Shown: one piece after another, positions 33,621 to 44,880 of the stretch
How positions within the stretch are numbered: position 1 is the stretch's first letter
How the letters are laid out: each line of letters opens with the position of its first letter
NCBI GenBank assembly: GCA_035534635.1
Contig: DATLRP010000040.1
Coordinates: 27,332 to 91,331, forward strand
Direction: 5' to 3'
DNA from: Terracidiphilus sp.
GTDB taxonomy: Bacteria; Acidobacteriota; Terriglobia; Terriglobales; Acidobacteriaceae
Length of the DNA stretch: 64,000 nt
Program-made: the position numbers and the translations under genes
The notes under the pieces: model-generated
Databases searched by the model: none
Told to the model about the DNA's origin: nothing
What the model saw: the letters and a program-made list of their open reading frames with translations, nothing else

Positions 33621-36020
33621 TTACGTCGTCGACCGCGGCTTCACCGTAATCACCGTCGCCGGAACCACACTGTCGGTCCCGGTGTAGGTGCAACCCGGGT
33701 CCGTGCCGCCCGCCGAAATCGGCGTGCACGCCGGCAGGTTCGGGCTCACTTGCTGCGTATCCTGCAACGTCTGCACATTGATGTAGTGCACCTTGTTGTC
33801 CCCCGTCGTCGACACAAAGAACAGGCTGTCGTCCGGGCTGAACGCTCCCGCCACCGGCGCCATAATCGACGAGCTCCCGGTCAGCGAAACATACCCCAGC
33901 GTCCCCGCCGCTCCGCCCGTCCCCGGAATGTAGTAGGGCAGCGTCGCGCCCGTCGTCAATCCGTTGTAGGTCAGGAACGCCAGGTTTGACGCCGGCGAAA
34001 CCACCACATGGTTCAGGCTCGTCGCGTTCGCGTTCACCGCCATCTGATTCACGGTGTGCGGAATCGTCAGCGGCGAAAGATTCCCGCTCGAGTCTGCCGC
34101 CGGACACGCGCCCGATGGAATCGTCACCCCGATATCCGACAGCAGAACGCCGCCACCGCTCATCGCCGCGCCCAGAATGTGCTGCCCGTCGTTGGTCGCG
34201 CCCAGCACGTCCGTCAGCACCGGCACGCTGTCGCCCTGCGGATAGAACGACATGTTCGCGTAATCACCCACCGTTCCCTGCGGGCACCAGGTGTGCGCCA
34301 CCGTCGGATTTCCGCTCTCATACGCGCCCACGCCCGGCACCGTGATAGCCAGGTCCCGCGGCGTCTCTCCCGCCGTCCACGTTCCCGGCGATGCCGGCAG
34401 CGGATACGTGCTCCACCCCGTGTTCGCGTTGTACACATACAGCGTGTCCGTGTGTCCCGGCCCCGCCGAGGCGCTGTCGGTCGCATACAGCGTCTCCGAG
34501 TCCGGCGTCCACTCCGCTGAAGTCGCCATGCCGCCAAAGCTCGAGGCCACGCTCCCTGACGAGCCGTAGATATACAGCACCTTCCGCACCTGATCGTTGA
34601 TCAGCACCATCCGGTTGTCCGGCGACACGTTCAGCACCACGCCCGGCACCGTCGTGTTCTGCTTGGCCAGCGAGTTCGATGTCGTGCTGTACACCATCAA
34701 CTCATGCTCTGAGCCGAAGTAGAGGTTCAGCCCATTCCGGTCCATCACCATCGAATTCGGTACATACGGCAGCCGAACCGTCGAGCCCAGCGTCCCGCTC
34801 AGCAGTTCCACCGGCACAAAGTATTGCGACTTGCCCGGCGCGCCAAACCACATATACGCGCTCGCCGTTCCCGGCGTCGTCAGATCCACCGCGTTGCTGC
34901 TCACCGGCAGACCCGTCCCGTAGTTCCCCACCTGGTTGATCGGCGAGGGATTGCAGGTCGTCGGCTGGCAGATCGCGTACACTGACGCCGCCCCCGGATA
35001 CGACGCCGTAATCGCTCCGCCGCTTCCCGCCTCAATGTTCACCGGGTTCGTCGACTGGTAATCCAGCGTCAGGCCCGTAATCGGATTCCCATTCGTATCC
35101 GTCACCTGCGTCACCAGATTCTGCTGCACGCCCTGCGTCACCGTGCCCTTCGTCGCTCCGTTCAGCGTCAACGAGATTGTCTTCGGCGGGCATGTCGAAA
35201 AGAATCCCGCGGACGCTCCCGTGCCTGCAAGTGATGCCGTGATCGCCGTCGTCCCCGGCAACTCCGCCGTAATCTGGTTCGTCTCAGAGTTGATCTGCGC
35301 CACCAGCGCCGTGCCCACCGTGTAGGTCAGCGTCCCGATGGAAGACGTGCACTCCGGCACCGACGTGACGCCCGGCGCCAGCCCGTTCTTGCACGCGTAG
35401 TTCGTCACCGAGGGCGGCGCGCAGAGCTCATACTGCTGGTTGTTCGCTCCCGAGTAGCAGGCCTCCGCATCCAGTTGCGCCACTGCGTTCTGCGAATAAC
35501 ATTGCTGCGCCCCGGCAAGCGCCAGCGAGATCGAGCTCACCTGCGCGTGGACGTACACCTCCACCGGATTCGAGGTCACCGAGTCCGCCGACGCCGTCAC
35601 ATACACCGTCGAATAAGGAAGTCCGCCGGTGCTCGGCAGAGGATTCGGCGCCTGGCAGATCGTGTAGTCGCCAATTCCGCCGCCCGAGTTCCGGTTCCAC
35701 GTGCCCGCGCACATGCCCCCCGTCGGCGAAATGTCCACAAGCTGGTTGTTCGTCGTGCCGTAGGTATACTTCGCCACGCTTGCCGCATCGCCCTTGCACG
35801 TCTTCGCTGAGGGCGCCGACATCTGACGCGACTGACCGAATGCAAGCGAAACGCCCGTCGTCCGAGGCTCCAGGTCGATCGTATAAACGGCCGTGTCCTT
35901 CAGCCCGTACCCCAGGCCGTTGCAGTAGTTGCCTGCCGGGTTCCGGAAGCAGCCCGAGATCGAAACCCCCGCCGGTACGGTCAAAAATAATAAGCAGATA
36001 AGCGTCAAATACCGCCGCAT
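33621..36020 (-). CDS. large Cys-rich surface lipoprotein (Ig-like modules + beta-propeller-like C-terminal half)
   Basis: MRRYLTLICLLFLTVPAGVSISGC lipobox at ATG 36020. Ser/Thr/Gly/Asn-rich repeats. Intrinsic terminator downstream. Confidence 0.75.
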   Translation of the reverse strand: MRRYLTLICLLFLTVPAGVSISGCFRNPAGNYCNGLGYGLKDTAVYTIDLEPRTTGVSLAFGQSRQMSAPSAKTCKGDAASVAKYTYGTTNNQLVDISPTGGMCAGTWNRNSGGGIGDYTICQAPNPLPSTGGLPYSTVYVTASADSVTSNPVEVYVHAQVSSISLALAGAQQCYSQNAVAQLDAEACYSGANNQQYELCAPPSVTNYACKNGLAPGVTSVPECTSSIGTLTYTVGTALVAQINSETNQITAELPGTTAITASLAGTGASAGFFSTCPPKTISLTLNGATKGTVTQGVQQNLVTQVTDTNGNPITGLTLDYQSTNPVNIEAGSGGAITASYPGAASVYAICQPTTCNPSPINQVGNYGTGLPVSSNAVDLTTPGTASAYMWFGAPGKSQYFVPVELLSGTLGSTVRLPYVPNSMVMDRNGLNLYFGSEHELMVYSTTSNSLAKQNTTVPGVVLNVSPDNRMVLINDQVRKVLYIYGSSGSVASSFGGMATSAEWTPDSETLYATDSASAGPGHTDTLYVYNANTGWSTYPLPASPGTWTAGETPRDLAITVPGVGAYESGNPTVAHTWCPQGTVGDYANMSFYPQGDSVPVLTDVLGATNDGQHILGAAMSGGGVLLSDIGVTIPSGACPAADSSGNLSPLTIPHTVNQMAVNANATSLNHVVVSPASNLAFLTYNGLTTGATLPYYIPGTGGAAGTLGYVSLTGSSSIMAPVAGAFSPDDSLFFVSTTGDNKVHYINVQTLQDTQQVSPNLPACTPISAGGTDPGCTYTGTDSVVPATVITVKPRSTT

Positions 36021-36320
36021 GAATCCTCCCCGCTCCGCCGGCCGAACCTGCGGAACGGTCTCTTCCATCACATCAATTCTTTGGGCTCGGAAAGCGAACC
36101 GCCGGCAGGCCCGCAACCCGCCGCCTGGCCAGCCTCCCGGCTGGGACCATCGGCCACGGCTGATGCGCCCTTCCCTCGGGCCGGCTGACGAACCACGCTC
36201 TGTGTGTCTCCAGCAAAAAGTGTATCAGGGCACACCCGGACCACGCCTCCGCCTCCGAGCCCCGTTGGTCCTGTTTCTTTCCCATAGACTCCCGCCGCGC
36301 CCGTTGGCGAGCAAATCCCC

Positions 36321-38507
36321 TCACTTGCCCGTCGCCGGCATATATTTTGCAAACCACTCCACCGCCCGCACCATCACGTCCCGCCGGTGCTCCGGGTTCA
36401 CAAACCCATGCCCCTCGTTCGGATACACCACCAGTTCCGTCGGCACATGCTCGTCCTTCAGCGCATGCCAGAACTCGAACGACTGCGGCGCCGGACACTC
36501 CCCGTCCCGGTCGCCCACCACCACCAGCGTCGGCGTATGCGCCCGCTTGATGGAGTTGATCGCCGAGCTCTTCGCATACACCGCCGGATCGTCGTACACC
36601 GAAGCCCCGAAATACGGAATCATCCACTGGTCAATCGAGTTCTCCCCGTAGTAGCTCAGCCAGTCTGACAGGCCCGCTCCCGACACCGCCGCCCGGAACC
36701 GTCCCGTCTGCGTGATGGCGAACATCGTCATGAAGCCTCCGTAGCTCCAGCCCGTAATCCCCACCCGCGCCGGGTCAATCGGGTAGGTCTCCTCCACCTT
36801 CGTCACGCCCGCCAGAATGTCCCGTAGATCCCCATATCCGAAATCCTTCCGGTTGGCCTGCGTAAACGCCTCGCCCTGCCCAAAGCTCCCCCGCGGATTC
36901 GGCTGAAGCACAAAATACCCCACCGCGGAAAACGCCTGCGGGCTCAATCCCCCTCCGCCGCCCCACCGTGGGCTCACCGCCGCGGCCGGCCCCCCATGCA
37001 CCTCCACAATCAGCGGATACTTCTTCGCCGGGTCGTAATCCTTGGGCAGCATCAGCCATCCCTGCACGTGGAATCCCTCATTCCGCCAGCGCACACTCGC
37101 GGCGTTGCCCCACGCCGGCATCACACCGTCGTTCAGGTGCGTCAGTTGCATCGCGCCATTCGTCCCTGCCATCGTCCGCCCCGGCCTTGCCCCGTAAATC
37201 TCCGGCGCGCGCTCAAAAGTGCTTCCCGCGAAGACAAACAAGCGCCGGTCAGCCGTCGACGAAAGGCTCATCCGCAGCCGCCCGTCCCCCACGCTCCCCG
37301 CAAACGAGAACACCGGCGCGCCAAAGCTCACTGCGCCGCCTTTCACCCGGTCGCCCGCAAGGTGGAACCTCGTCAGTTGCTCATCTCCGCCCGCCAGTTC
37401 GCTCACATAAAGGTTCTCGTTCCCATCCCACTCCAACCACGCCGGAGAGGTCGGCCTGCCCGCCGTAATGTCCCGCGGCTGCCCTCCCTCTGCACTCACC
37501 ACCCACACATCCCCGCCCGTCGAACCTTGGTCGCTCATCAGCCCGCCGATAAGTGCAATCACCTTCCCGTCCGGCGACCACTTTGGCACCGCAATCTGCA
37601 GCCCGTGCAGCGGCCCGCTCACGGTCTTCGGGTCCAGCACCACCCTCGGCTTTCCCCCTCCAACAATCGGCCGCCCAGTCTTTCCGCCAAACTCAAGACC
37701 CCTCGCCACCGGCTCGGCATACAGCTTCGCCACCCACCAGTTGTTCTCCCCCGGCGGGTCCGCCGCAATATACGCCAATCCCTTCGAATCCGGCTTCCAG
37801 TCAAACTCGAAGACATGCAGATTCTTAGGCGTCACCTCCGTCGCATTCGGCTCCGGCCGGTCCACCTCGGTCACAGCCACCCGCTGCACCTCAATGTTGT
37901 CCTCGCCAATCACGCCCGCCCACGGCTTCTCCGCCGCCAGTGCCCCCGAGGGCCGCGTCGCTCCCTGCACATAAAGGAACGCAATCTCGCTTCCATCCGG
38001 CGACCACGCCGGCGACTTCTCATAGCCCTTCAGCTCCGTCAGCCGCCGCGGCGCTTGCCCGTCCAGTTGCGACAGATACAAATCCTCCTGCCCATCGTCG
38101 CTCGCGCAGTCGGAAAAGAATGCCAGCGCCTTCCCATCGGGCTCCCAGGCAATCTCGCCCTCCCTGCATCGCTGGTCGTCATTTGTCCGCGCCGTCACGC
38201 GCATGGTCTTCGTCAGGTCGCTCATCGGTGCAACCACAATCCCCGCGCCCCCGCGCCCGCCGCCGCGCCCGGCCCCACGCTCGAATACGACCCACGCAAT
38301 CCGGCTCCCGTCCGGACTCACCGCCACCTCGCCAATCCGCTCCCCGCGGCTCAGCCCCCGCAGAATCTCCTCCATGTGCTGCTGCTCGGCCGCCGACCCC
38401 GCTTCCTTCTGCGCCCACGCCGCCGCCCCGCCGCCTGCCAGTACACACACAACAGCGCCCACGCACACTGCCGCCCCGCAAACCCTGCGCACTCCATACG
38501 TCAACAT
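36321..38507 (-). CDS. S9-family serine peptidase (propeller + prolyl-oligopeptidase catalytic domain)
   Basis: Multiple SPDG blades. GWSYGGFM nucleophile elbow, C-terminal GDRDGECP, and EGHGF. Confidence 0.9.
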   Translation of the reverse strand: MLTYGVRRVCGAAVCVGAVVCVLAGGGAAAWAQKEAGSAAEQQHMEEILRGLSRGERIGEVAVSPDGSRIAWVVFERGAGRGGGRGGAGIVVAPMSDLTKTMRVTARTNDDQRCREGEIAWEPDGKALAFFSDCASDDGQEDLYLSQLDGQAPRRLTELKGYEKSPAWSPDGSEIAFLYVQGATRPSGALAAEKPWAGVIGEDNIEVQRVAVTEVDRPEPNATEVTPKNLHVFEFDWKPDSKGLAYIAADPPGENNWWVAKLYAEPVARGLEFGGKTGRPIVGGGKPRVVLDPKTVSGPLHGLQIAVPKWSPDGKVIALIGGLMSDQGSTGGDVWVVSAEGGQPRDITAGRPTSPAWLEWDGNENLYVSELAGGDEQLTRFHLAGDRVKGGAVSFGAPVFSFAGSVGDGRLRMSLSSTADRRLFVFAGSTFERAPEIYGARPGRTMAGTNGAMQLTHLNDGVMPAWGNAASVRWRNEGFHVQGWLMLPKDYDPAKKYPLIVEVHGGPAAAVSPRWGGGGGLSPQAFSAVGYFVLQPNPRGSFGQGEAFTQANRKDFGYGDLRDILAGVTKVEETYPIDPARVGITGWSYGGFMTMFAITQTGRFRAAVSGAGLSDWLSYYGENSIDQWMIPYFGASVYDDPAVYAKSSAINSIKRAHTPTLVVVGDRDGECPAPQSFEFWHALKDEHVPTELVVYPNEGHGFVNPEHRRDVMVRAVEWFAKYMPATGK

Positions 38508-38514
38508 GTCAAAA

Positions 38515-38520
38515 ATGGTA
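38515..38520 (-). promoter_or_regulatory. extended -10 TGATACCAT, 7 nt before the S9 peptidase ATG
   Basis: Minus-sense GCTGATACCATTTTTGAC-ATG. Confidence 0.3.
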
Positions 38521-38534
38521 TCAGCGAGCCGTCA

Positions 38535-38564
38535 GCCCGTGCCCAGGCCGCCCGTGCCCAGGCC
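38535..38564 (-). repeat. perfect tandem 2 x 15 bp (GCCCGTGCCCAGGCC) in the -35 region of the S9 peptidase gene
   Basis: Read directly from the sequence. Confidence 0.85.
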
Positions 38565-38645
38565 GCCGGTCGCCCGCACGCACCGCAACTTCCATACCTG
38601 GCGCAGCCAGCGCCGCAGCCGCAGTCCTCAAAAATTCGCGGCGAT

Positions 38646-39464
38646 TCATCGCTCCCCCGCCGCCGCATCGATCGCCAGCAGCCGCTCCAGCAGTGGCTTA
38701 AGCAGCTTCAATTCCAGCGCATTCGCCCCGTCGGACTTCGCATTCTTCGGGTCGTCGTGCACCTCCAGGAAAAGCCCGTCTACGCCCGCCGCCACCGCCG
38801 CTCGCGCCAGCACCGGAATAAACTCCGGCTGCCCGCCGCTCACTCCATTCGCCGCCGAGGGCTGCTGCACTGAGTGCGTCCCGTCAAACACCACCGGCGT
38901 CAGCCCGCGCATCACCGGCAGGCTCCGCATATCCACCACCAGCGTGTTGTACCCGAAGCTCGCCCCGCGCTCCGTCAGAAACACCCGCTCGTTGCCCGTC
39001 GAACGCACCTTCTCCACCGGGTGCGTCATATCCCACGGCGCCACAAACTGTCCCTTCTTGATGTTCACCGCGCGGCCCGTCCGGCCCGCCGCCACCAGCA
39101 GGTCAGTCTGCCGGCACAGGAACGCCGGAATCTGCAGCACGTCCACCGCCTCGGCCGCCACCGCGCAATGCCCCGGCTCGTGCACATCCGTCAGCACCGG
39201 CAAACCCGTGTCCTTCGCCAGCCGGCCCAGGATCGCCACGCCCTCCTTCAGCCCCGGCCCGCGAAAACTCGTCACGCTCGTCCGGTTCGCCTTGTCGTAG
39301 CTGGCTTTGAAGATGTAAGGAATCCCCAGGTCGCTCGTAATCCGCTGGATCGCCTCGGCCATCCGCCGCGCGTGCGCTTCGCTCTCAATCACGCACGGCC
39401 CCGCAATCAGGAAAAGCCGGCCCTCGCCCACGCGCACCGGCCCGATTTCAAATGTGGGTCTCAC
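38646..39464 (-). CDS. kdsA: 3-deoxy-8-phosphooctulonate synthase
   Basis: FLIAGPCVIES, FKASYDKANRTS, LQIPAFLCRQTDL, and NIKKGQF. GTG start at 39464. Confidence 0.95.
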   Translation of the reverse strand: MRPTFEIGPVRVGEGRLFLIAGPCVIESEAHARRMAEAIQRITSDLGIPYIFKASYDKANRTSVTSFRGPGLKEGVAILGRLAKDTGLPVLTDVHEPGHCAVAAEAVDVLQIPAFLCRQTDLLVAAGRTGRAVNIKKGQFVAPWDMTHPVEKVRSTGNERVFLTERGASFGYNTLVVDMRSLPVMRGLTPVVFDGTHSVQQPSAANGVSGGQPEFIPVLARAAVAAGVDGLFLEVHDDPKNAKSDGANALELKLLKPLLERLLAIDAAAGER

Positions 39465-39471
39465 GCGTGCG

Positions 39472-39477
39472 ATTCTA
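39472..39477 (-). promoter_or_regulatory. -10 box TAGAAT, 7 nt before the kdsA GTG
   Basis: Minus-sense GGCGGGGCGGGCGCGATAGAATCGCACGC-GTG. The upstream motif is shared with ribH. Confidence 0.4.
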
Positions 39478-39523
39478 TCGCGCCCGCCCCGCCTTCGCTC
39501 CCGCCCTGCTCACCGCATCCCGC

Positions 39524-39558
39524 AAAACAAAAAGCGGAGCAGCCTTGGCCGCTCCGCT
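39524..39558 (-). terminator. intrinsic terminator after hypothetical gene 39579..40148
   Basis: Minus-sense AGCGGAGCGGCCAAGGCTGCTCCGCT followed by TTTTTGTTTTG. Confidence 0.65.
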
Positions 39559-39578
39559 TCGCATCCCTGCGCCCGCTC

Positions 39579-40148
39579 TTATGCCGAAACCTTGTGCTCC
39601 ACCTTCGCCCGCGCCCATTCCCACAGCCCGCGCTCCAGCGCGTGCAGTCGCGTCGGTCCCGGCAGCTCTTCCTGCGGCTTCACCAGTCCCTTCTCCGCCA
39701 GCCGCCGGCAAAACTCCACATACTCGGCGTAGAACTCCACATCCTTCCGCGCATGGCCCAGCGCTTCCAGCGTCCGGTAATCCAGCACGCTGTAGCGCTC
39801 CGGCGCAATCGTCGCCAGAATCGCCGACGCAATCGCCAGGTCCACCCCGCGCAGCTCCGTCAGCGCCTCCACGGCCTTGCGCACGTTCACGTCCGGCGCC
39901 GCTGCCACCCGCAGCGCCTCGCGAATCTTCACCTCGCTGTTGCCAATCAGGTAGTACACCACCCGCTCGGACTTCCACCGCACAATCGCCTCCAGGTTGG
40001 CCAGCGAGTACTCCCCGGCCCGGATCGATGCACCCGCCGCATACGCCTCGGCCTCAAGCTCGTGCTCCCGTTCACCCTGGTTCTGCCAGCATTGCCCGGC
40101 CAGCCTGGCGAGTTCGTTCTCTTCCGGTTGCAATTCGAAATGAGTCAT
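39579..40148 (-). CDS. hypothetical protein with helix-hairpin-helix-like motif
   Basis: GGGAGGA SD. LTELRGVDLAIASAILATIAPERYSVLDYR resembles HhH / OGG-fold orphan families. Has its own -10-like box and terminator. Confidence 0.65.
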   Translation of the reverse strand: MTHFELQPEENELARLAGQCWQNQGEREHELEAEAYAAGASIRAGEYSLANLEAIVRWKSERVVYYLIGNSEVKIREALRVAAAPDVNVRKAVEALTELRGVDLAIASAILATIAPERYSVLDYRTLEALGHARKDVEFYAEYVEFCRRLAEKGLVKPQEELPGPTRLHALERGLWEWARAKVEHKVSA

Positions 40149-40302
40149 AGAAATAAGTCCTCCCTACAACAAAAACGAAGCCTACAATAGGCCCGCCGAA
40201 AAACCATTGTCAACTGCCGCCGCTGCCACAAAGGTGGCATCGCAGGCAACCCGCACACATGCGGCCCGCATGAATCACGCTTATTCCCTTTACTGAATCT
40301 CT

Positions 40303-42060
<1,758 letters not shown>

Positions 42061-42210
42061 TCACCCCGCGCCCGCCCCGTCACCACCCCACCCAGCCCAC
42101 GCCTTTTCAACCGCTTACCGCCGCCTCATCACCCCGCCCGCATCGCTCTTAGCACCTCGTCCGCCTTCTGTCTCATGTGGAAATTCAGTCCTGTCCGCCT
42201 CATTCGCCGG

Positions 42211-42339
42211 CCGCCCATCCTTCTCGCGTCCTCCGCGAAAAGGGCTGGAATCGCTCTCCCTCCGCAACTTCACTGAACACTGTCCTCTTGAGCGAAGGTC
42301 GCGTCAGCGACCGAAGTCGAAAGATCTGCGGTTGTTTTT
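42211..42339. repeat. 129-bp intergenic repeat element, copy 1
   Basis: Aligns without gaps to 43651..43779 with 4 mismatches. Contains the hairpin GGTCGC-GTCA-GCGACC. Confidence 0.9.
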
Positions 42340-42366
42340 ACCTCCTAAGTCTTCACGCAAGCTTAT

Positions 42367-43638
42367 GTGATACAAAAAGCTGGAAGCGTGAATGCCATGC
42401 CGTCGCCCGACCCAATCAACACGACTCGCCGCGAATACGCGCTCACGAATGGACGAAAGCTTCACCACATCCTGCTCGCCGCGGTCTTTCTCATCGGTGC
42501 TGGCTTCTTTTTCAAATTGGCGATAGACCCTATAGGACGCGATTTCGCTCTGGTGGTGGGAGTCATCTCGCTCGTTCCCGGAATGATGCTCGTATTGCAG
42601 TCCTTGCGGTGCCGACTCATTCTCGATGGGGATGTCATCGAGCTGCATTCGGCCTTTCGCGTCCACCACGCCACTCGCAATCAAATCGAAGGCCTGCGAA
42701 CCATCCAGAACCAATACGGCCGCTGGACTCGCGTCTACTTGAAGAACGACCAGGATTCATTCAATGTCTCGGATTCCTTCACCGGCGAGGATGATCTCAA
42801 GGAATGGCTCAAGGGGTTACCTGACCTTGATCAACAGGATGCCGACGAGATTACAAAAGGGGCTAGCAGCCAGGATTCACCAGGACTACCGGACATAGAC
42901 CGATCGAAAACGTTTAGCGCGGCGAAAGGGTGGGCGATCGGCCTCAGCATTCTCGCGGGAGTAGCCAGCGTCCCGGTCATGTTTGTGGATTACGCGCCGG
43001 TTTATCGGACCGCTCTTGTTCTTTTGCTCCTTTGTCCTCCGGTGGGAATCATCCTTATTCACCGATTTCCACTACTGTTCACGGTATTCAAGAGGAAACC
43101 CGACCCTCGTGCTGATCTCGGTTTCCTCATCATCTGGCCCGGAATTGGCGTCATCTTCTCTTACCAGACATCGAACGACCCGTCTCATCTCGTCGACAGT
43201 TTCCAACTCATTTATTGGATGCTGTTGGCTTTCGCCGGCTATGTGGCAACGCTTTTTCAAACAGCGTGGAAGAGCCCGTCGCGCGGTTCAATTCTCTTTT
43301 TCATTGCGCTTACAGGTGGCATGTATAGCATCGGGCTGGTAAATGCCGCCAACACTCTACCCGACAAATCGGCACCCCGCCTATACCAGACCTGGGTGCT
43401 GAAGATGTATGAGAGTCACAGCAGCAAAGGGACAAGGTATTACCTGAGGGTTGCCCCGTGGGGACCAATTCCCTATTCAGACGACGTTGATGTCTCAAGT
43501 CATACCTACGACGCAGTCCACGTTGGCGACCCCGTCTGCTTTGGAATGCACTCGGGCTTTCTCCGGTCTCCCTGGTACACATTAATGCCCTGCCCTGCGC
43601 AGCAAATTCCCGCGATCGAGCAAACCGGACAAAATTGA
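42367..43638 (+). CDS. hypothetical polytopic membrane protein (N-terminal bPH-like module)
   Basis: About 7 hydrophobic helices. Visibly lower GC. GTG 42367 or ATG 42397. Flanked by 129-bp direct repeats. Confidence 0.65.
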   Translation: MIQKAGSVNAMPSPDPINTTRREYALTNGRKLHHILLAAVFLIGAGFFFKLAIDPIGRDFALVVGVISLVPGMMLVLQSLRCRLILDGDVIELHSAFRVHHATRNQIEGLRTIQNQYGRWTRVYLKNDQDSFNVSDSFTGEDDLKEWLKGLPDLDQQDADEITKGASSQDSPGLPDIDRSKTFSAAKGWAIGLSILAGVASVPVMFVDYAPVYRTALVLLLLCPPVGIILIHRFPLLFTVFKRKPDPRADLGFLIIWPGIGVIFSYQTSNDPSHLVDSFQLIYWMLLAFAGYVATLFQTAWKSPSRGSILFFIALTGGMYSIGLVNAANTLPDKSAPRLYQTWVLKMYESHSSKGTRYYLRVAPWGPIPYSDDVDVSSHTYDAVHVGDPVCFGMHSGFLRSPWYTLMPCPAQQIPAIEQTGQN

Positions 43639-43650
43639 GCAGGAGCGCCC

Positions 43651-43779
43651 CCGCCCATCCTTCTCGCATCCTCCGCGAAAAAGGCTGGAATCGCTCTCCC
43701 TCCGCAACTTCACTGAACTCTGTCCTCTTGAGCGAAGGTCGCGTCAGCGACCGAAGTCGAAAGATCTGCGGTTGCTTTT
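43651..43779. repeat. 129-bp intergenic repeat element, copy 2 (direct orientation)
   Basis: Same element, exactly 1440 bp downstream of copy 1. Confidence 0.9.
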
Positions 43780-43944
43780 CGCAGTCGCACCGGGTGCCCC
43801 AGCTCTCGCTTCTGAGACCTGGGAAATCACAGCCTCCACCGTGCCGCCGGTCAGCGCTCCTTGCCGCCGCCATCCTCGCCCCTTACAATCTTCTCCACTC
43901 GCCCCGCCCAAGCTCGAATCGAATCGAGCACTCCGGAGACCCGC

Positions 43945-44664
43945 ATGCCAAAGAACCTCACCCCCCTCGCCGCTTCAATCCTCGTCGCCGCCCTGTCCTG
44001 CACAGCCCGGCCCGCCCCGGCACAATCAGCCGCGTCGCCTTACTCGGCCATGGCCCCTCTCGCGCAGTACCTCATGCCCAGCCCGCAGGCTGAAATCGCC
44101 CTCGCGCGCAGCGCCGCTCCGCCCTCCATCGCCGACCACGCCGAAGTGATGGTCCTTTCGCCCCACGGCTACACCACCGCCGTCAAGGGAACCAACGGTT
44201 TCCTCTGCATCGTCGAGCGCTCCTGGGGCGCGGCCACCAATTTTCCTGAGTTCTGGAATCCAAAGATCCGCGCCCCCATCTGCTTCAATCCCGCCGCCGC
44301 GCGCTCCTTCGCGCCCATCTACCTGCAAAAGACCGCGCTCGTCCTCGCCGGAAAATCGAAATCCGAAATCGCCCGCGCCGTCGACTCTGCGTTCAGCAAT
44401 GGACAATTGCCCGCGCTCCAGCCCGGCGCCATGTGCTACATGATGTCCCGCCGCCAGTACCTCAACGACGACGCTAAAAACTGGCATTCCCATCTCATGT
44501 TCTTCGTCTCGGGCAAGGTTGCCGCAACCTGGGGCGCCAACCTGCCCGGCTCGCCCGTCATTGCTGCCAGCGACCCAGAGGAGCGGGTCACCATCTTCAT
44601 GGTCTGGGTCAGCCATTGGTCCGACGGAACCCCAGCCCCGCCCATCAACCCGGCATCTCGCTGA
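43945..44664 (+). CDS. hypothetical secreted protein
   Basis: MPKNLTPLAASILVAALSCTARPAPAQ signal peptide. High GC3 coding pattern. Confidence 0.65.
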   Translation: MPKNLTPLAASILVAALSCTARPAPAQSAASPYSAMAPLAQYLMPSPQAEIALARSAAPPSIADHAEVMVLSPHGYTTAVKGTNGFLCIVERSWGAATNFPEFWNPKIRAPICFNPAAARSFAPIYLQKTALVLAGKSKSEIARAVDSAFSNGQLPALQPGAMCYMMSRRQYLNDDAKNWHSHLMFFVSGKVAATWGANLPGSPVIAASDPEERVTIFMVWVSHWSDGTPAPPINPASR

Positions 44665-44880
44665 CTCGCTGCCCCCTGCCTCACCCAAAATTTCTTCGTC
44701 AGTTTTGCCGATTAATTCTCCGAATCCGTCACACTGGAAATAAGCACACCCTTACTCCGGCACAAACCAGCAGCGGGCTGACAGCTGGCGGCTAACGGCT
44801 AGGGGGAGCGGGTGGTCTCGCTGAGGTATCCCCCCCCACCCCCCCTAATTTATTTGCACTTTTCCACAGGCATTTTGCCG

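Noticed and set aside
36996-40190. Two long plus-strand ORFs (625 aa and 438 aa).
   Set aside because: They are antisense to the S9 peptidase, kdsA and the hypothetical gene. Their composition is Arg/Pro/His-rich and low-complexity. The opposite strand carries unmistakable family motifs.
44830-44845. Homopolymeric C8-A-C7 tract, a possible phase-variation switch or G4.
   Set aside because: It lies between the 3' ends of two convergent genes. It is not in a promoter, 5' UTR or coding region, so slipped-strand changes would have no obvious target. It is noted only as a compositional oddity and a possible sequencing-error hotspot.
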